A stretch of 44,271 nucleotides of DNA. Origin: Desulfurococcales archaeon (GTDB taxonomy: Archaea; Thermoproteota; Thermoprotei_A; Sulfolobales; AG1). Location of the stretch: the NCBI GenBank assembly GCA_032249275.1, contig JAVVGG010000001.1, positions 1-44,271 on the forward strand, read 5' to 3'. The position numbers were made by a program, and so were the translations under genes. Position 1 is the stretch's first letter. Every line of letters begins with the position of its first letter. The notes under the pieces were generated by a model, which was given only the letters and a program-made list of their open reading frames with translations, did no database searches and was not told where the DNA came from. Positions 18,709 to 28,756 of the stretch are shown one piece after another.

Positions 18709-18819
18709 ATTCTTGCCAGTTAATAATCACCGATAATTAAGATCTCTTATAGCTGGATCCTTCATTAGGGCTATAAGAGATTGGGAGATCTATGCTAAGA
18801 TTTTTCGTGTATTAGTGAT

Positions 18820-19195
18820 ATGGCTCCCTCACCGTTCTGGATGGCGGGTTTCCACTGTTGGGGTCTTGGGCGTTATTCTTTCTAAGGGGGTTGGGTTTTA
18901 ACCCGTTGTGGGTTACTATGTAGCTTGCTATCTTCTTGATCTTTACTTTGTAGCCGATTCTCCTAGTTATGTTGCTTGCCGCATTTAGATCAGCATTGAT
19001 TCTCCTTTTAGTTTTTCTGCATATATATAGCCCTCTATATATTCTTCCATTGCTGTGAATTTCGCTGCATAGTGAGCACTCCATGCTTGTGTAGCCCTCT
19101 AGAGCTAGGTATAGCTCTATCCCATATTCTTCCAGCACCTCTCCAAGCCTTCTGGCTATCCCTCTAAACCATCATATATTATAGTTGATGATCTC
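18820..19195 (-). pseudogene. tnpB: TnpB C-terminal fragment with IS right end
   Basis: RRLGEVLEEYGI..EGYTSMECSLC...RGLYIC...INADLNAASNI (zinc ribbon plus RuvC-III), followed by a right-end hairpin at 18820-18880. The N-terminal part is missing. Confidence 0.85.
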
Positions 19196-19363
19196 AATAC
19201 AGTTTAAATAGATCCTCGAATGGAATAACCAGCTTCTCAGTTCTAGAGATTTTTTAGCTATAACTAGAGGTACCAGCTGATTTTCTCTTATAGCTAACTT
19301 CTTTTAATTTTAAACACGAGCTGCTAATATAGCCTACTGGTATTCACATATTATGTGGAGAGT

Positions 19364-20050
19364 ATGCCAAAGATAATTGTTGATGAGAGGGAAAGAATGT
19401 CAAAGATACCCCAGATATTGAGTAGATTGGGTGACTATGTTGTATATAAGATGCTAGATATTGGAGACTATATAGTAGCGAATACAATTGCTGTGGAGAG
19501 AAAGACCATCTCTGATCTTGTTAAAAGTATATTTGATGGCCGCCTATTCGATCAGGTGAGAAGGCTTTTGGAAGTATATGAAAGAGCTGTTATATTGGTT
19601 CAAGGCTTGCCCTCCGAGATCAGGCTTCATACCGATAGATGGCAATCAGTATATGGATCATTAGCAAGGCTTGTAGAGGAAGATGGCATTAGCGTTATAT
19701 TTTCGTCGGATGATGAGGAGGCCGCTTATTTTATACATTCACTTGCCCAGAAGAGCCAGAATATCTTTTATAGATATCCCATAGCTCATAAGAAGCCGAA
19801 GTTAGAGAGTATTGAGGAGTGGCAGCTATACATAGTACAGAGCTTACCATATATAGGACCGAAACTAGCTAGAAGGCTACTCAGAAAATTTGGAAGTGTA
19901 TTAGCAGTCTTCAGCGCAAGCCCCTCAGAGCTAAGCAGGGTTGATGGTATCTCCGAGTGGAAGGCCCAAGAAATTGTTCGAATCCTTAGAAGCCCATATA
20001 GAGAAGAAGAGAAGCAGGCTAACGCCGGCGAAGGCTATAACAATTCTTAA
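19364..20050 (+). CDS. xpf: Crenarchaeal XPF/Rad1/Mus81 3'-flap endonuclease
   Basis: IIVDERE, GDY, and the VERKT.SDL.SI.DGRL.DQ ERCC4 motif, with tandem HhH (LPYIGPKLA, VDGISEWKA). Alternative start GTG 19355. Confidence 0.95.
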   Translation: MPKIIVDERERMSKIPQILSRLGDYVVYKMLDIGDYIVANTIAVERKTISDLVKSIFDGRLFDQVRRLLEVYERAVILVQGLPSEIRLHTDRWQSVYGSLARLVEEDGISVIFSSDDEEAAYFIHSLAQKSQNIFYRYPIAHKKPKLESIEEWQLYIVQSLPYIGPKLARRLLRKFGSVLAVFSASPSELSRVDGISEWKAQEIVRILRSPYREEEKQANAGEGYNNS

Positions 20051-20065
20051 TAATAAGATTAGATC

Positions 20066-21241
20066 CTAGCTATGTGACCTAGAAGATCTCCCGGCTTTCA
20101 GCTCTCTGGCAATGAGAATCGCTATCAACCATATTAACACTATCCTGGTAAACGCTATCCACTGTATCGGGCTCTCTCTATGCCAGGGGCCTCTACTCTC
20201 AATACCCAGAGATCCTGAGATGATGCTCTCATAGAACCACAATATCATAATAATGGTGTTCAGAATATCTTGAAGTAGGAGTAGGTAAGGCTTTCTACCT
20301 CTAAGAACTATATAGAGGGGGGAGATCATGATATTCATCTGGGGTGAATATACATATGAGAAGCTTATAGAGAGAGAGGTAGAGATTAGAGAAGCTGTTA
20401 TAGAGAGGTGTTTCACAGTAAAACTGTGTGTGTATATATACATGAAGTAAAGAAGGGGTATAGAGATCATAAGAACTATAGATGCTATTCTAAAGTGTGG
20501 ATCAAATATATCACTGGTAAAGAGAACATAGAAGCAATTCTCACAATACCAATTGGAATGGTAGTTAAATATATAGAAAAGTGCAGGGGTATATAATAAG
20601 AGAAGGGCTATATATGGTGTTGATGCCGCAGATACCCCTATGGCAAGAGTTATGAAGATTTTTTTAAAGCCTAAGCCCTCTCTATGCATAGCGAGTACTG
20701 ATGTAAGAAGAGCTATCCCAGGGAAGATCTTGATTGATGCAGCAAGCCCAAGAAGAGAAGAAGCTACATAGTGCCTGCCTTTTAACATCAGTAGAAGACC
20801 TATAACCATTAGAGCTGAAGCGGATATGTCCCAATTATAGAAGAGATAGTAGATCATAGATGGTGAGATCACAGCTAGAGCTATTGACACTTTAGAAGCG
20901 TCGATCTTTTTCGCTATTAAATATATAGCGAATAAATATAACATGTAAAAGGCAGCGTTAATAATATAGAATGCTCTTGTGATAGCCGTGAGCGAGTCAT
21001 GTCCTTGGGAAAATAGGTAGAGGGCCATCTTCGACGCGGCTGTCCATTGAAGAGCTATTAGAGGTGTATATTCGAAGGGATAATCTATATATGGATATCC
21101 AACCACGATCTTGTATGGATCCCTAAAATATATCGACATATAGTCCGTATATTGGCCTAGGAAAGCGGGATCATGTATATAGATGCTTAGCGCTATTGTT
21201 ATAACGCTAAAAATAATTAAGGTCTTCAACATTCTCTCCAC
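20066..21241 (-). CDS. GT-C fold membrane glycosyltransferase (GT87/PIG-M-like)
   Basis: Polytopic, with PYIDYPFEYTPL, NWD, GLAASIKIFP and YSPQ motifs. Confidence 0.75.
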   Translation of the reverse strand: MERMLKTLIIFSVITIALSIYIHDPAFLGQYTDYMSIYFRDPYKIVVGYPYIDYPFEYTPLIALQWTAASKMALYLFSQGHDSLTAITRAFYIINAAFYMLYLFAIYLIAKKIDASKVSIALAVISPSMIYYLFYNWDISASALMVIGLLLMLKGRHYVASSLLGLAASIKIFPGIALLTSVLAMHREGLGFKKIFITLAIGVSAASTPYIALLLLYTPALFYIFNYHSNWYCENCFYVLFTSDIFDPHFRIASIVLMISIPLLYFMYIYTHSFTVKHLSITASLISTSLSISFSYVYSPQMNIMISPLYIVLRGRKPYLLLLQDILNTIIMILWFYESIISGSLGIESRGPWHRESPIQWIAFTRIVLIWLIAILIARELKAGRSSRSHS

Positions 21242-21275
21242 ATCTCTTCCCCCTCCATAGAATATTTTGGAAACC

Positions 21276-22022
21276 CTATCTGTCAGATAGATAGTCAGGC
21301 GATGATACGTCTTCTACATCGAGATCGGCTGTCCCTAGAATTGTAATACCCCTTGCGGTAATCTCTATCTCATAGATCCTTCTATCATGATTTGTATTCC
21401 TCATCTTCTCCACCATGAGGTATCTCTTTAAAACCCCTTTGGAAATCCTTCTCCTAAGCCTTATAATACCATCTGCTATATGCTCAAGACCCCAGCCAAA
21501 TGCGAACATTGTTGTTATCGCGTATTGCGAAACCAAGTATGTAGTGAAGTCCCATTTGCCAAGGGTCTTTTTTATAATATAACTGTATTTCCTAGCCATA
21601 GCTGGTTTCTCAAGCCAAAAGGCAGATATAGAATCAATCACGAGCCTTGCCCTTCCATAACCCAGGGCCTTCTTAGCCTCTATAACCTTGTTTATTAAGG
21701 TCTCTATCTCCATTTCTTGAAGAGACCATGGATCCTCTTGCATCTTTAGAGCATCTATAATTATGAGTCTCTTTCCTAGAAAGGGTTTCCATTCCCAACC
21801 GAATCTCGTTGCTTGATCCAGGATCGACTCTCTATCCTCCTCTGTAGTTACATATATACATTTATCTCCATCCAAAATGCCTTGGTGTATGAAGTGCATG
21901 CTCAGAATCGTTTTCCCAGTACCCGGCTCTCCTACTACTGCTACAAAGAATCCTTCCGGCACTCCTCCCTCGATCATTAGATCTAGATCGTGTATCCCTG
22001 TGGATAGCCTAACGACCATCAA
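21276..22022 (-). CDS. KaiC/RAD55-like RecA-superfamily ATPase
   Basis: RLSTGIHDLD, GEPGTGKT, YVTTEE, LVIDS, EHIADGII and VEKMRNTNH. Confidence 0.92.
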   Translation of the reverse strand: MMVVRLSTGIHDLDLMIEGGVPEGFFVAVVGEPGTGKTILSMHFIHQGILDGDKCIYVTTEEDRESILDQATRFGWEWKPFLGKRLIIIDALKMQEDPWSLQEMEIETLINKVIEAKKALGYGRARLVIDSISAFWLEKPAMARKYSYIIKKTLGKWDFTTYLVSQYAITTMFAFGWGLEHIADGIIRLRRRISKGVLKRYLMVEKMRNTNHDRRIYEIEITARGITILGTADLDVEDVSSPDYLSDR

Positions 22023-22072
22023 GATCCCTTAACAAGATCTTTTAGCTATATTGTTTTCCACTTGATATATTG

Positions 22073-22993
22073 TTAGCCTATTGCTTCCACAATGCTCTCA
22101 TATACCTTCTCACCCTCCCTACCTGCCTCCTTTAGCATACTATACACCATATACCTAGGTATGATTGATAAGTAATCCCTATATCTGTTCTCAGGATACC
22201 TGGATATCATTGCCTCGAGTTTCTTTATATACGAAGATATTTTTGTAAGGGCTTTCTCGATAATCTCCTCTCTCACACCACCTCCGAGCCATTCAATAAA
22301 CATTTTTATCCCATGGGTTCTCTCATCAACCTTTCCTAATAATATATCTACAAGGTCGTCTGCTATTTGATATAGAATACCTAGATTCTCGCCAAAAGAG
22401 GCTGATAGATCTTCGAAATTCTTGCCAGCTCTAGCAGCCCTAGCACCTAGGAACGTTGAGGCTTTAAAAACAGACCCTGTCTTTAGCCTGGCAAGGGTTT
22501 CATATCCTGCTACCGAAGAGCCCGGTCCAAATACATCTATGACCTCGCCGCTTGTGGCTTGAAGCCATGCTTCTATAACCTTTATTAGCGCATCGAACCC
22601 GTATCTTTCTATCATGAGCTGTGCCTTTGGTATGAGCATGTTAGAGATCAGGACTGTTTTAGAGATTCCATATCTTATCCAAGATGTGAGAGAGCCTCTT
22701 CTAATTATATCAAAATCTATTATATCATCTAGAGCTAGCGAAGCAGCGTGTACAAGTTCTATCGCAACAGCAGCATCTAGAGCATCCTCAGCTCTTCCTC
22801 CTAGAGTCTCGCATATCAGTATCGTGAGAATCCCTCTGAATCTTTTCCCACCCCTCGACATATAGTTAATTATCTCGAGAACCTCTCCCTCATATCCTTT
22901 GACTGTCTTTTCGAGCTCTGTCTCTATGTATATTTTCCTACTCTCTATATATGTTATTAGATCCTTAAAATCTATTCCAACAGCTAATCCCAT
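22073..22993 (-). CDS. Polyprenyl diphosphate synthase (hexaprenyl-PP-synthase-like)
   Basis: GGKRFRG, ELVHAASLALDDIID..RRG (FARM), KTG and YQIADDLVD (SARM). ATG 22993 chosen because the longer ORF runs into the SRP RNA. Confidence 0.9.
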   Translation of the reverse strand: MGLAVGIDFKDLITYIESRKIYIETELEKTVKGYEGEVLEIINYMSRGGKRFRGILTILICETLGGRAEDALDAAVAIELVHAASLALDDIIDFDIIRRGSLTSWIRYGISKTVLISNMLIPKAQLMIERYGFDALIKVIEAWLQATSGEVIDVFGPGSSVAGYETLARLKTGSVFKASTFLGARAARAGKNFEDLSASFGENLGILYQIADDLVDILLGKVDERTHGIKMFIEWLGGGVREEIIEKALTKISSYIKKLEAMISRYPENRYRDYLSIIPRYMVYSMLKEAGREGEKVYESIVEAIG

Positions 22994-23070
22994 ATACCTT
23001 CTCTCAACTACAGATCCCAATACCAAGATAATAAGTACAATTTTTAACGAGGGATACAATATATTAGTAT

Positions 23071-23378
23071 GGCGGGTAGGGCTGGGGGTCTCGCCCACCC
23101 CCATACCCGAAAAGGGCGTAATGCGGGGGCCAGTAACCAGGCAGCGCTATACATAGATCCGCAGGATCCTCTCCCCAGCTATGAAGCCCGCCCTGTGGGG
23201 CTTGCGGTGGCGGGGGCCTCCTCGGAGGAGGAGGCTAAACCGCCTTCACGAGGGGAAACAGGCCAGGCCCGGAAGGGAGCAACCTAACCCTCGGCGCAAG
23301 CGTTCACAGGTCACCGGGGGGAGCGCGGGGGGAGGGTCGCCCCTGCGGATCTATGTATAGCGCTGCCTGGAGCCGCCG
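23071..23378 (+). ncRNA. ffs: Archaeal SRP (7S) RNA
   Basis: GC-rich ~308 nt. Terminal helix GGCGG/CCGCC, helix 8 CCAGGCCCGGAAGGGAGCAA, 29-bp helix 23137-23165/23342-23370, and TATA-like TTTTTAA at 23041. Confidence 0.95.
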
Positions 23379-23859
23379 CAATAAACAGATTATGAGTTGT
23401 AGAGTTTATATATTGGATCTTACCGATGTGGTTTCAGTTTACTTGAAACATCTTACCCCTTGGTTTCCTATGGAGCCCACCATATTCCTACCAAGTTTCC
23501 TCATACGAGGTTGGAGCACAACACTAAAATTAAATTAGATGATCAGAATCAAGTGCTTTGGCTATTTGATGTTGTCCTAATTATAAGAGATGTTGGTTGA
23601 GGCTCTTAGATAATTCGCTATTCCCAAAGTATTCATGTTGCTGGGTAAGCTAGTATTGAGTATTTATTGTCGTGAGTTATCGAAGCATATAGAGAGCTTG
23701 AGACAAACCCACAAAACCGATAAGTTATGGGTTTTTGGCAAGGGATAAAGACGTACCCAGATTCGCAGTTGCTCTGGGGATAGAAACCTGAATTTGTTCT
23801 GAAGCTGTTTTGGGTTATATAGAAGTTTATAAGATTTGTTAGCGATTTTTATAGCTCCG

Positions 23860-24137
23860 CAATGCGGGTTGAGACCCAAGAGGAGCTCATATAGATACCG
23901 AGAGAAAACCAGGATGCGGGGGTATCCTCACAGCAATGAACCTGAGGAAACAATGAAGGTGGAGCTGTGGGTAGGGGTCACCCAGAGCGGGTGGATATAG
24001 ATGATGTGGCGGTGCATTGAAAGCCCTACCCGATGCGATGAAGCTAAGGGAAGATGTCTTGATCAAAAGTATCAAGCCCGACGAAGCTAGAACCCCACCC
24101 CATAATTTCCTTTGGAGAGTTTTAGCTATGGGTGGGA
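23860..24137 (+). mobile_element. Probable decayed tnpB 3' end/omega-RNA-like remnant
   Basis: GC-richer non-coding island containing copy 2 of the 3068-3123 motif (23990-24044) and an imperfect inverted repeat CCCACCCCATA/TATGGGTGGG. Confidence 0.45.
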
Positions 24138-24171
24138 ATACTTATAATCCTTAACTATTATATTATAGCAA

Positions 24172-24501
24172 GTGATGGTTTATTTGCTACAAAAACAGGA
24201 GCTACAATTACTTGAAGAAAGTGAGTTTCTCAACTTACTTAGAAAGATCTATAGGTATGCAAGGGCTCTCCAAGTGTTAAAAAGAAAACCCCTATATACG
24301 CGTGAATTTCTGGCAATACTAGGGAGTTGGGGAGATTCTCATATATTGCTAAAAGAGATGGAATCGCTGGGGTTGATAGTAAGATATCATGGTTACTGTA
24401 GATCTAGCAAAAGGAGATGTATATACAATAAGGTATCAACCAAAGGAGATAAGCTTTTAGATGCTTTAGGAAGGTTATTGAAACTAATGACTAATAATTA
24501 A
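24172..24501 (+). CDS. Winged helix-turn-helix DNA-binding protein
   Basis: LKEMESLGLIVR...IYNKVSTKGDKLLDAL wHTH pattern with C-x6-C in the wing. Confidence 0.7.
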   Translation: MMVYLLQKQELQLLEESEFLNLLRKIYRYARALQVLKRKPLYTREFLAILGSWGDSHILLKEMESLGLIVRYHGYCRSSKRRCIYNKVSTKGDKLLDALGRLLKLMTNN

Positions 24502-24744
24502 TAGTTCTAGATTCACGTAAGAAGCTTCATAGCTTCTGTTATTGTTCCCTTGATCGTTACCAACTTATGGTAACGCTTACATATAAAACACATTTCCACT
24601 TGCTCCATAAGAAGTTATGGGGGCCCGGCGCATGTATGATCTATATGATCCCTATACTCTAAGTGATGATAGATATGATAGCTATCAAGATTTGCTGAAG
24701 ACATTTAACCCCATTTATTCCTGTGGAGCCCACTAAAATCCCAC

Positions 24745-25440
24745 CTACCTCTTCAAAATATCTATAGCACCGCTTAGTCTACCTATCACCACCTCGTAAT
24801 CCATATACGGGAAGATCCCCGTGGTGATTACGCCTTCTATGTTTTTTAAAAGTTTATCAATAGAAACAGGATCTTCTATTGGGCCGGTATAGACATCTAT
24901 CAATACATTCCCATTATCACTTATTAGAGGACCTAGCTTCCCTTCAGTCTCTCTATATTTCACCCTATATCCTAGTCTCTCAATTTCTTTCAAAACATAG
25001 TTGATCGCATAGATCTCCACCTCCAAAGGCACAGCTCTTGTCGAGCCTAGTCTTTCCACAAGTTTCGTTTCATCAGCTATTATGATTCTCCTATTGGAAC
25101 TCAGCATAGCTATTTTCTCTCTGAATAGAGCTCCTCCGCCTCCTTTTAGCAGATTAAGCTTCGGATCTATCTCATCAGCGCTATCCACATATATATCAAT
25201 ATCTCCAGGACATATTCCACTTTCTATATCTCTTGCCCCAGCCTTTCTTAGATATAGGGTGGTATCAATGCTTGTAGAAATATACCTAAATTTATTAATA
25301 ATACCTTTTTTAGTGAGCTCATCAATAAGGATCTTTACTGTGGATCCGCTGCCGATAGCTATAGTACATCCTATACAACGCTCGATAAGATCTGCAGCAT
25401 AGATTGAAACATTCCTCCTAGCCTCGTATCTGAGATCCAT
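24745..25440 (-). CDS. rpiA: Ribose-5-phosphate isomerase A
   Basis: IGSGSTV, DSADE, KGGGGALFREK and SDNGN. Confidence 0.96.
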   Translation of the reverse strand: MDLRYEARRNVSIYAADLIERCIGCTIAIGSGSTVKILIDELTKKGIINKFRYISTSIDTTLYLRKAGARDIESGICPGDIDIYVDSADEIDPKLNLLKGGGGALFREKIAMLSSNRRIIIADETKLVERLGSTRAVPLEVEIYAINYVLKEIERLGYRVKYRETEGKLGPLISDNGNVLIDVYTGPIEDPVSIDKLLKNIEGVITTGIFPYMDYEVVIGRLSGAIDILKR

Positions 25441-25512
25441 ATTACCCCCATATATAAAGACATAGCTATTAATATTATAATGAATTAAGACTCTAGATCT
25501 GTAGTGAAGAAG

Positions 25513-26430
25513 TTAGCTCCTTTGCCGTGTGTTCATTATGAGGGAGATAATCTCATGGGCTTTTTCGGCATCTAATAATGTGGGGATCTCTATATCTCTT
25601 CCTCGGCATCTCTCTATGAAGGCTCTGATCTCGTTTAGGAGCGCCTCTGATCCTTTAACTTCTATGTATTTATGGGCGTTCCAACCCCCTGTCTTGAGGA
25701 TCACGTATTGATTTATATAGTCTCCTTCAATATAGCTTTGAGTGGAAACAGCTATTGCTTTCCTCACCTTCTGTCTCGATATACCATCAACTCCTATGTA
25801 TATATAGCCTCTCCTATGTTTTGCATATATCGATACTGCTTGATCTATATCTAAGTTATGTATATACCAGCTTACTAATTCTAGATCCTCTAGTAACAGA
25901 TGCCTTGCGAGATCTATATCGTGGATTGCTAGATCCAACAATATATTGCTTAACCTGTTTTGAGGAGGTCTCCTACTGAACCTAAATAGATAGAGGTCTT
26001 CAATACCATCTTCCATAGATTCTATATATTTTTTCATCCACATAGAAACGGGATCGAATCTAACTATAAAGCCAGGCATGGCTATAATACCCTTTCTCTC
26101 AGCTGCACGCCTAAGCCCTCTAACCTTCTCTAGGCTATCTGCAACAGGCTTTTCAATAAGTACATTGAAGCCCAGCTCGATTATCCTCATAGAAACCTCT
26201 GCAAGGCTTTCTATAGATGTTGCAACAATAATCCCCAAAAGATCTCTCCGTTTCTCAAAGCCGTCTAGATCATCTATAGCAGTAGCCCCTATTCTTGTGG
26301 CAAGAGATTTAGACTTATTTGAATCTTTATCATATACCACAGCAATCTCAGCCACCCCCTCTCTATATATTCTCTCAGCAACTGTAGATCCCCATCTACC
26401 AGCACCAACAAGGCCTAGCTTAGGCTTCAA
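25513..26430 (-). CDS. Gfo/Idh/MocA family NAD-dependent oxidoreductase
   Basis: GLVGAGRWG, VLIEKP, GFIVRFDP and DLAIHDID. Confidence 0.9.
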   Translation of the reverse strand: MKPKLGLVGAGRWGSTVAERIYREGVAEIAVVYDKDSNKSKSLATRIGATAIDDLDGFEKRRDLLGIIVATSIESLAEVSMRIIELGFNVLIEKPVADSLEKVRGLRRAAERKGIIAMPGFIVRFDPVSMWMKKYIESMEDGIEDLYLFRFSRRPPQNRLSNILLDLAIHDIDLARHLLLEDLELVSWYIHNLDIDQAVSIYAKHRRGYIYIGVDGISRQKVRKAIAVSTQSYIEGDYINQYVILKTGGWNAHKYIEVKGSEALLNEIRAFIERCRGRDIEIPTLLDAEKAHEIISLIMNTRQRS

Positions 26431-26729
26431 AATATAGCGTCACCCCCTTTAATTATAGGGTTAGATACTCAAAGGATTTTGTGTTATTATATGTCTCACC
26501 GTCATATCCTTGTTTCTCCATCATATGCCTTGGAAGCTGGCTTTCTCTCAGATGTGGAGGGTATCGAGTGATTCCCCTCTTCTTTGATTCGCATAATAAT
26601 TTCATAGTATCGCTCTACATAAAGCATATGTTGTTAGAAACATTCAGGGGCTTATTCAGCGGCTTTAAAACTAAACACGGCTAGTATCAACTAATGCAGG
26701 CCTGTGTGAAGCATTTCCTTGTTAACAAA

Positions 26730-27020
26730 ACGTTAGCGGAATTCTACCTAGCTGTTTTATAGATAACACCCTCCTTCTTCTCCCTCTCACGAAGCCTTCT
26801 AAGATTTTCCTAGCAACCCTATCTCTAATGGATCTATCGCTTGTTATTCTTCTCCTCCTCTCAGAATATGCTATAACGATCCTACCTATGTTAGTTTCGA
26901 TCCTGTAGATCTCATGCAGCCTCCTATTTATATACACAGCTGGAGTAACGTTGTTCTCTTTGATATCAGCTGTAACAACATTATCAGGGTTATATGATAC
27001 CTCGAACTCCTTGGCTTATG
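26730..27020 (-). pseudogene. tnpB: TnpB internal fragment
   Basis: VSYNPDNVVTADIKENNVT (RuvC-I-like) followed by IYRIETNIGRIVIAYSERRRRIT; truncated on both sides. Confidence 0.7.
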
Positions 27021-27266
27021 TTTATTGTTGCTGAAACTATATATCTAAGGGTCTCTAACTGCTTATATAGCTTCTTCACTCTCAACAAATAATTAGAAGT
27101 GATTAGAGACATTCAAATATATCGTTAAATCGAATACAGCTTGAAACGGCAGAGAGATGATAGAGCTTAGAATCTACTGTAGTTTAGAGGTTTAGAGATC
27201 TTAGGTAGAGACATCTCTCCATTCCATATATAAATATTGCTTTAGAATATCTTGGCATGGATATAG

Positions 27267-27707
27267 ATGAGGAGATATACACATATAATCTTTGGAGTTG
27301 GCTTCTCCATCTCCATTCTCTCCCCATTTATCTATGTATTCTATTTACCAGTAGTAGTTATTGCGAGCGGTATAGGATCTGTGGTGCCAGATATTGATAC
27401 TAGGTTTAGGCATAGAAAAGCCCTTCATAACATATTATCTCTTACAATAACCTCTATAATCGCACTGATTATAACGTTAAAAGCTGGGATAGGCTGGATA
27501 CCAGCAGCTGGTTTCACACTTGGATATATATCTCATATTATAGGGGATATGATGACCAAAAGAGGTGTGGCCTTTCTATATCCATTCAGAGGAGAATACT
27601 ATAGGCTTCCAATTATACTTGGAAGATCTGAGGATCTATTGGTTAATGTGTTAGGAACTATATTGGGGATAACTCTGATCTTTCTTGGAATATGGAATCT
27701 CACTTAG
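27267..27707 (+). CDS. YdjM-family membrane metal-dependent hydrolase
   Basis: TH...PDID...HR..LH...SHIIGD..T..G motifs with TM helices. Confidence 0.85.
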   Translation: MRRYTHIIFGVGFSISILSPFIYVFYLPVVVIASGIGSVVPDIDTRFRHRKALHNILSLTITSIIALIITLKAGIGWIPAAGFTLGYISHIIGDMMTKRGVAFLYPFRGEYYRLPIILGRSEDLLVNVLGTILGITLIFLGIWNLT

Positions 27708-28057
27708 ATCTCCTCTCTATTGATTCCCAGAATATCAGTTATATCTATTATACACTCTGGATCAACTTTTCTCCCCTTAAACTTCACACCCTCAAGCTCT
27801 AGAATACGCCTCTTTACCATAGACCCGCCAGGAGTGTAGCCTCCAAGACTTCCATCACTTTTCACAACCCTGTGACAGGGGATAATCACAGGGTTTTCAT
27901 TTATTGCGAGAAGTCTTCCCACAGCCCTTGGGCTAGTCCCAATAGCTCTGGCAAGTGAGTCATAGGTTGCGACCCTACCTATTGGTATTAACATTAAAAG
28001 TGTGTAGAGGATCTGTCTTTTTGATTCTAAACCCCTTCTCTTTATAGCCTTCCCCAT
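27704..28057 (-). CDS. ogt: O6-methylguanine-DNA methyltransferase (single domain)
   Basis: IPIGRVATY, PRAVG, and the active site NPVIIPCHRVV. Confidence 0.92.
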   Translation of the reverse strand: MGKAIKRRGLESKRQILYTLLMLIPIGRVATYDSLARAIGTSPRAVGRLLAINENPVIIPCHRVVKSDGSLGGYTPGGSMVKRRILELEGVKFKGRKVDPECIIDITDILGINREEI

Positions 28058-28143
28058 CTCCCATTCCCAAACAAATTCTATACCTTATCCCTAATTTTAA
28101 TTTAAAAAATTTAATATACTCAAGATCCGCTGGTTTGAGGGTA

Positions 28144-28755
28144 TTAACTACAGTATATATTTGCTATTTTATATAGCTCTTCAGGATCTATAGATGTTGT
28201 CCAGTCAATTCCGTGTTTGCATTTAATGCTTCCCTCTAGAATTTTGAGGATCTCTCTTGCTACGACGCTCGGCTCTTTTTCAGTTACGTCTAGCTCACAT
28301 ATCTTCTCAGGTGGGTGTTCGTTAAGAGCATTAGCAAGGCATATCCCTAGATATTCTGCCTCACTGTTTTCTATACTCTTTTCCTTTCCCCACCCTCTGC
28401 TGCATAGCCTTTTTAAAAGGTCTCTAGGATCTGTTCTGAGTACTATAAGGATCTCTAGATCTTGGTCATCAACGATCTCGGCATAATGACCTTCTATAAT
28501 TATATAGCCTTCCTCTTTCTCTTCACTACAATGAGATAGAAGCTCTTTCACACGTCTTCTCACACGATCTTCGTCTATGATATAGCTTTTCCTCTCGTGA
28601 TCATATTCTATATAAAGCCCTTCTCTTACTACCAGTTGAGAAAGATCTATTGTCTTGGCTCTCAGCATATCTGCCAGGATCTCGGCTATTGTAGTCTTTC
28701 CAACCCCTGGTGTGCCTGAAATCGCTATGGCTCTGCATCTCCCCAGAGATCTCAC
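28144..28755 (-). CDS. Adenylate kinase 6 / Fap7-like NMP kinase
   Basis: ISGTPGVGKTT, IIEGH and RL..RGW..EK..EN.EAE. Confidence 0.9.
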   Translation of the reverse strand: MRSLGRCRAIAISGTPGVGKTTIAEILADMLRAKTIDLSQLVVREGLYIEYDHERKSYIIDEDRVRRRVKELLSHCSEEKEEGYIIIEGHYAEIVDDQDLEILIVLRTDPRDLLKRLCSRGWGKEKSIENSEAEYLGICLANALNEHPPEKICELDVTEKEPSVVAREILKILEGSIKCKHGIDWTTSIDPEELYKIANIYCS

Positions 28756-28756
28756 C

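Noticed and set aside
18812-19138. Functional miniature TnpB or Cas12-like nuclease
   Set aside because: It lacks RuvC-I/II, has an upstream in-frame stop and a damaged zinc ribbon; it is a fragment.
23069-23287. 72-aa ORF, and the N-terminal extension of the prenyl synthase to 23104
   Set aside because: Both overlap the SRP RNA and are shadow frames of GC-rich RNA.
24662-24697. C/D box sRNA (GTGATGA...CTGA)
   Set aside because: Only ~36 nt, with no convincing D'/C' boxes or recognisable guide.
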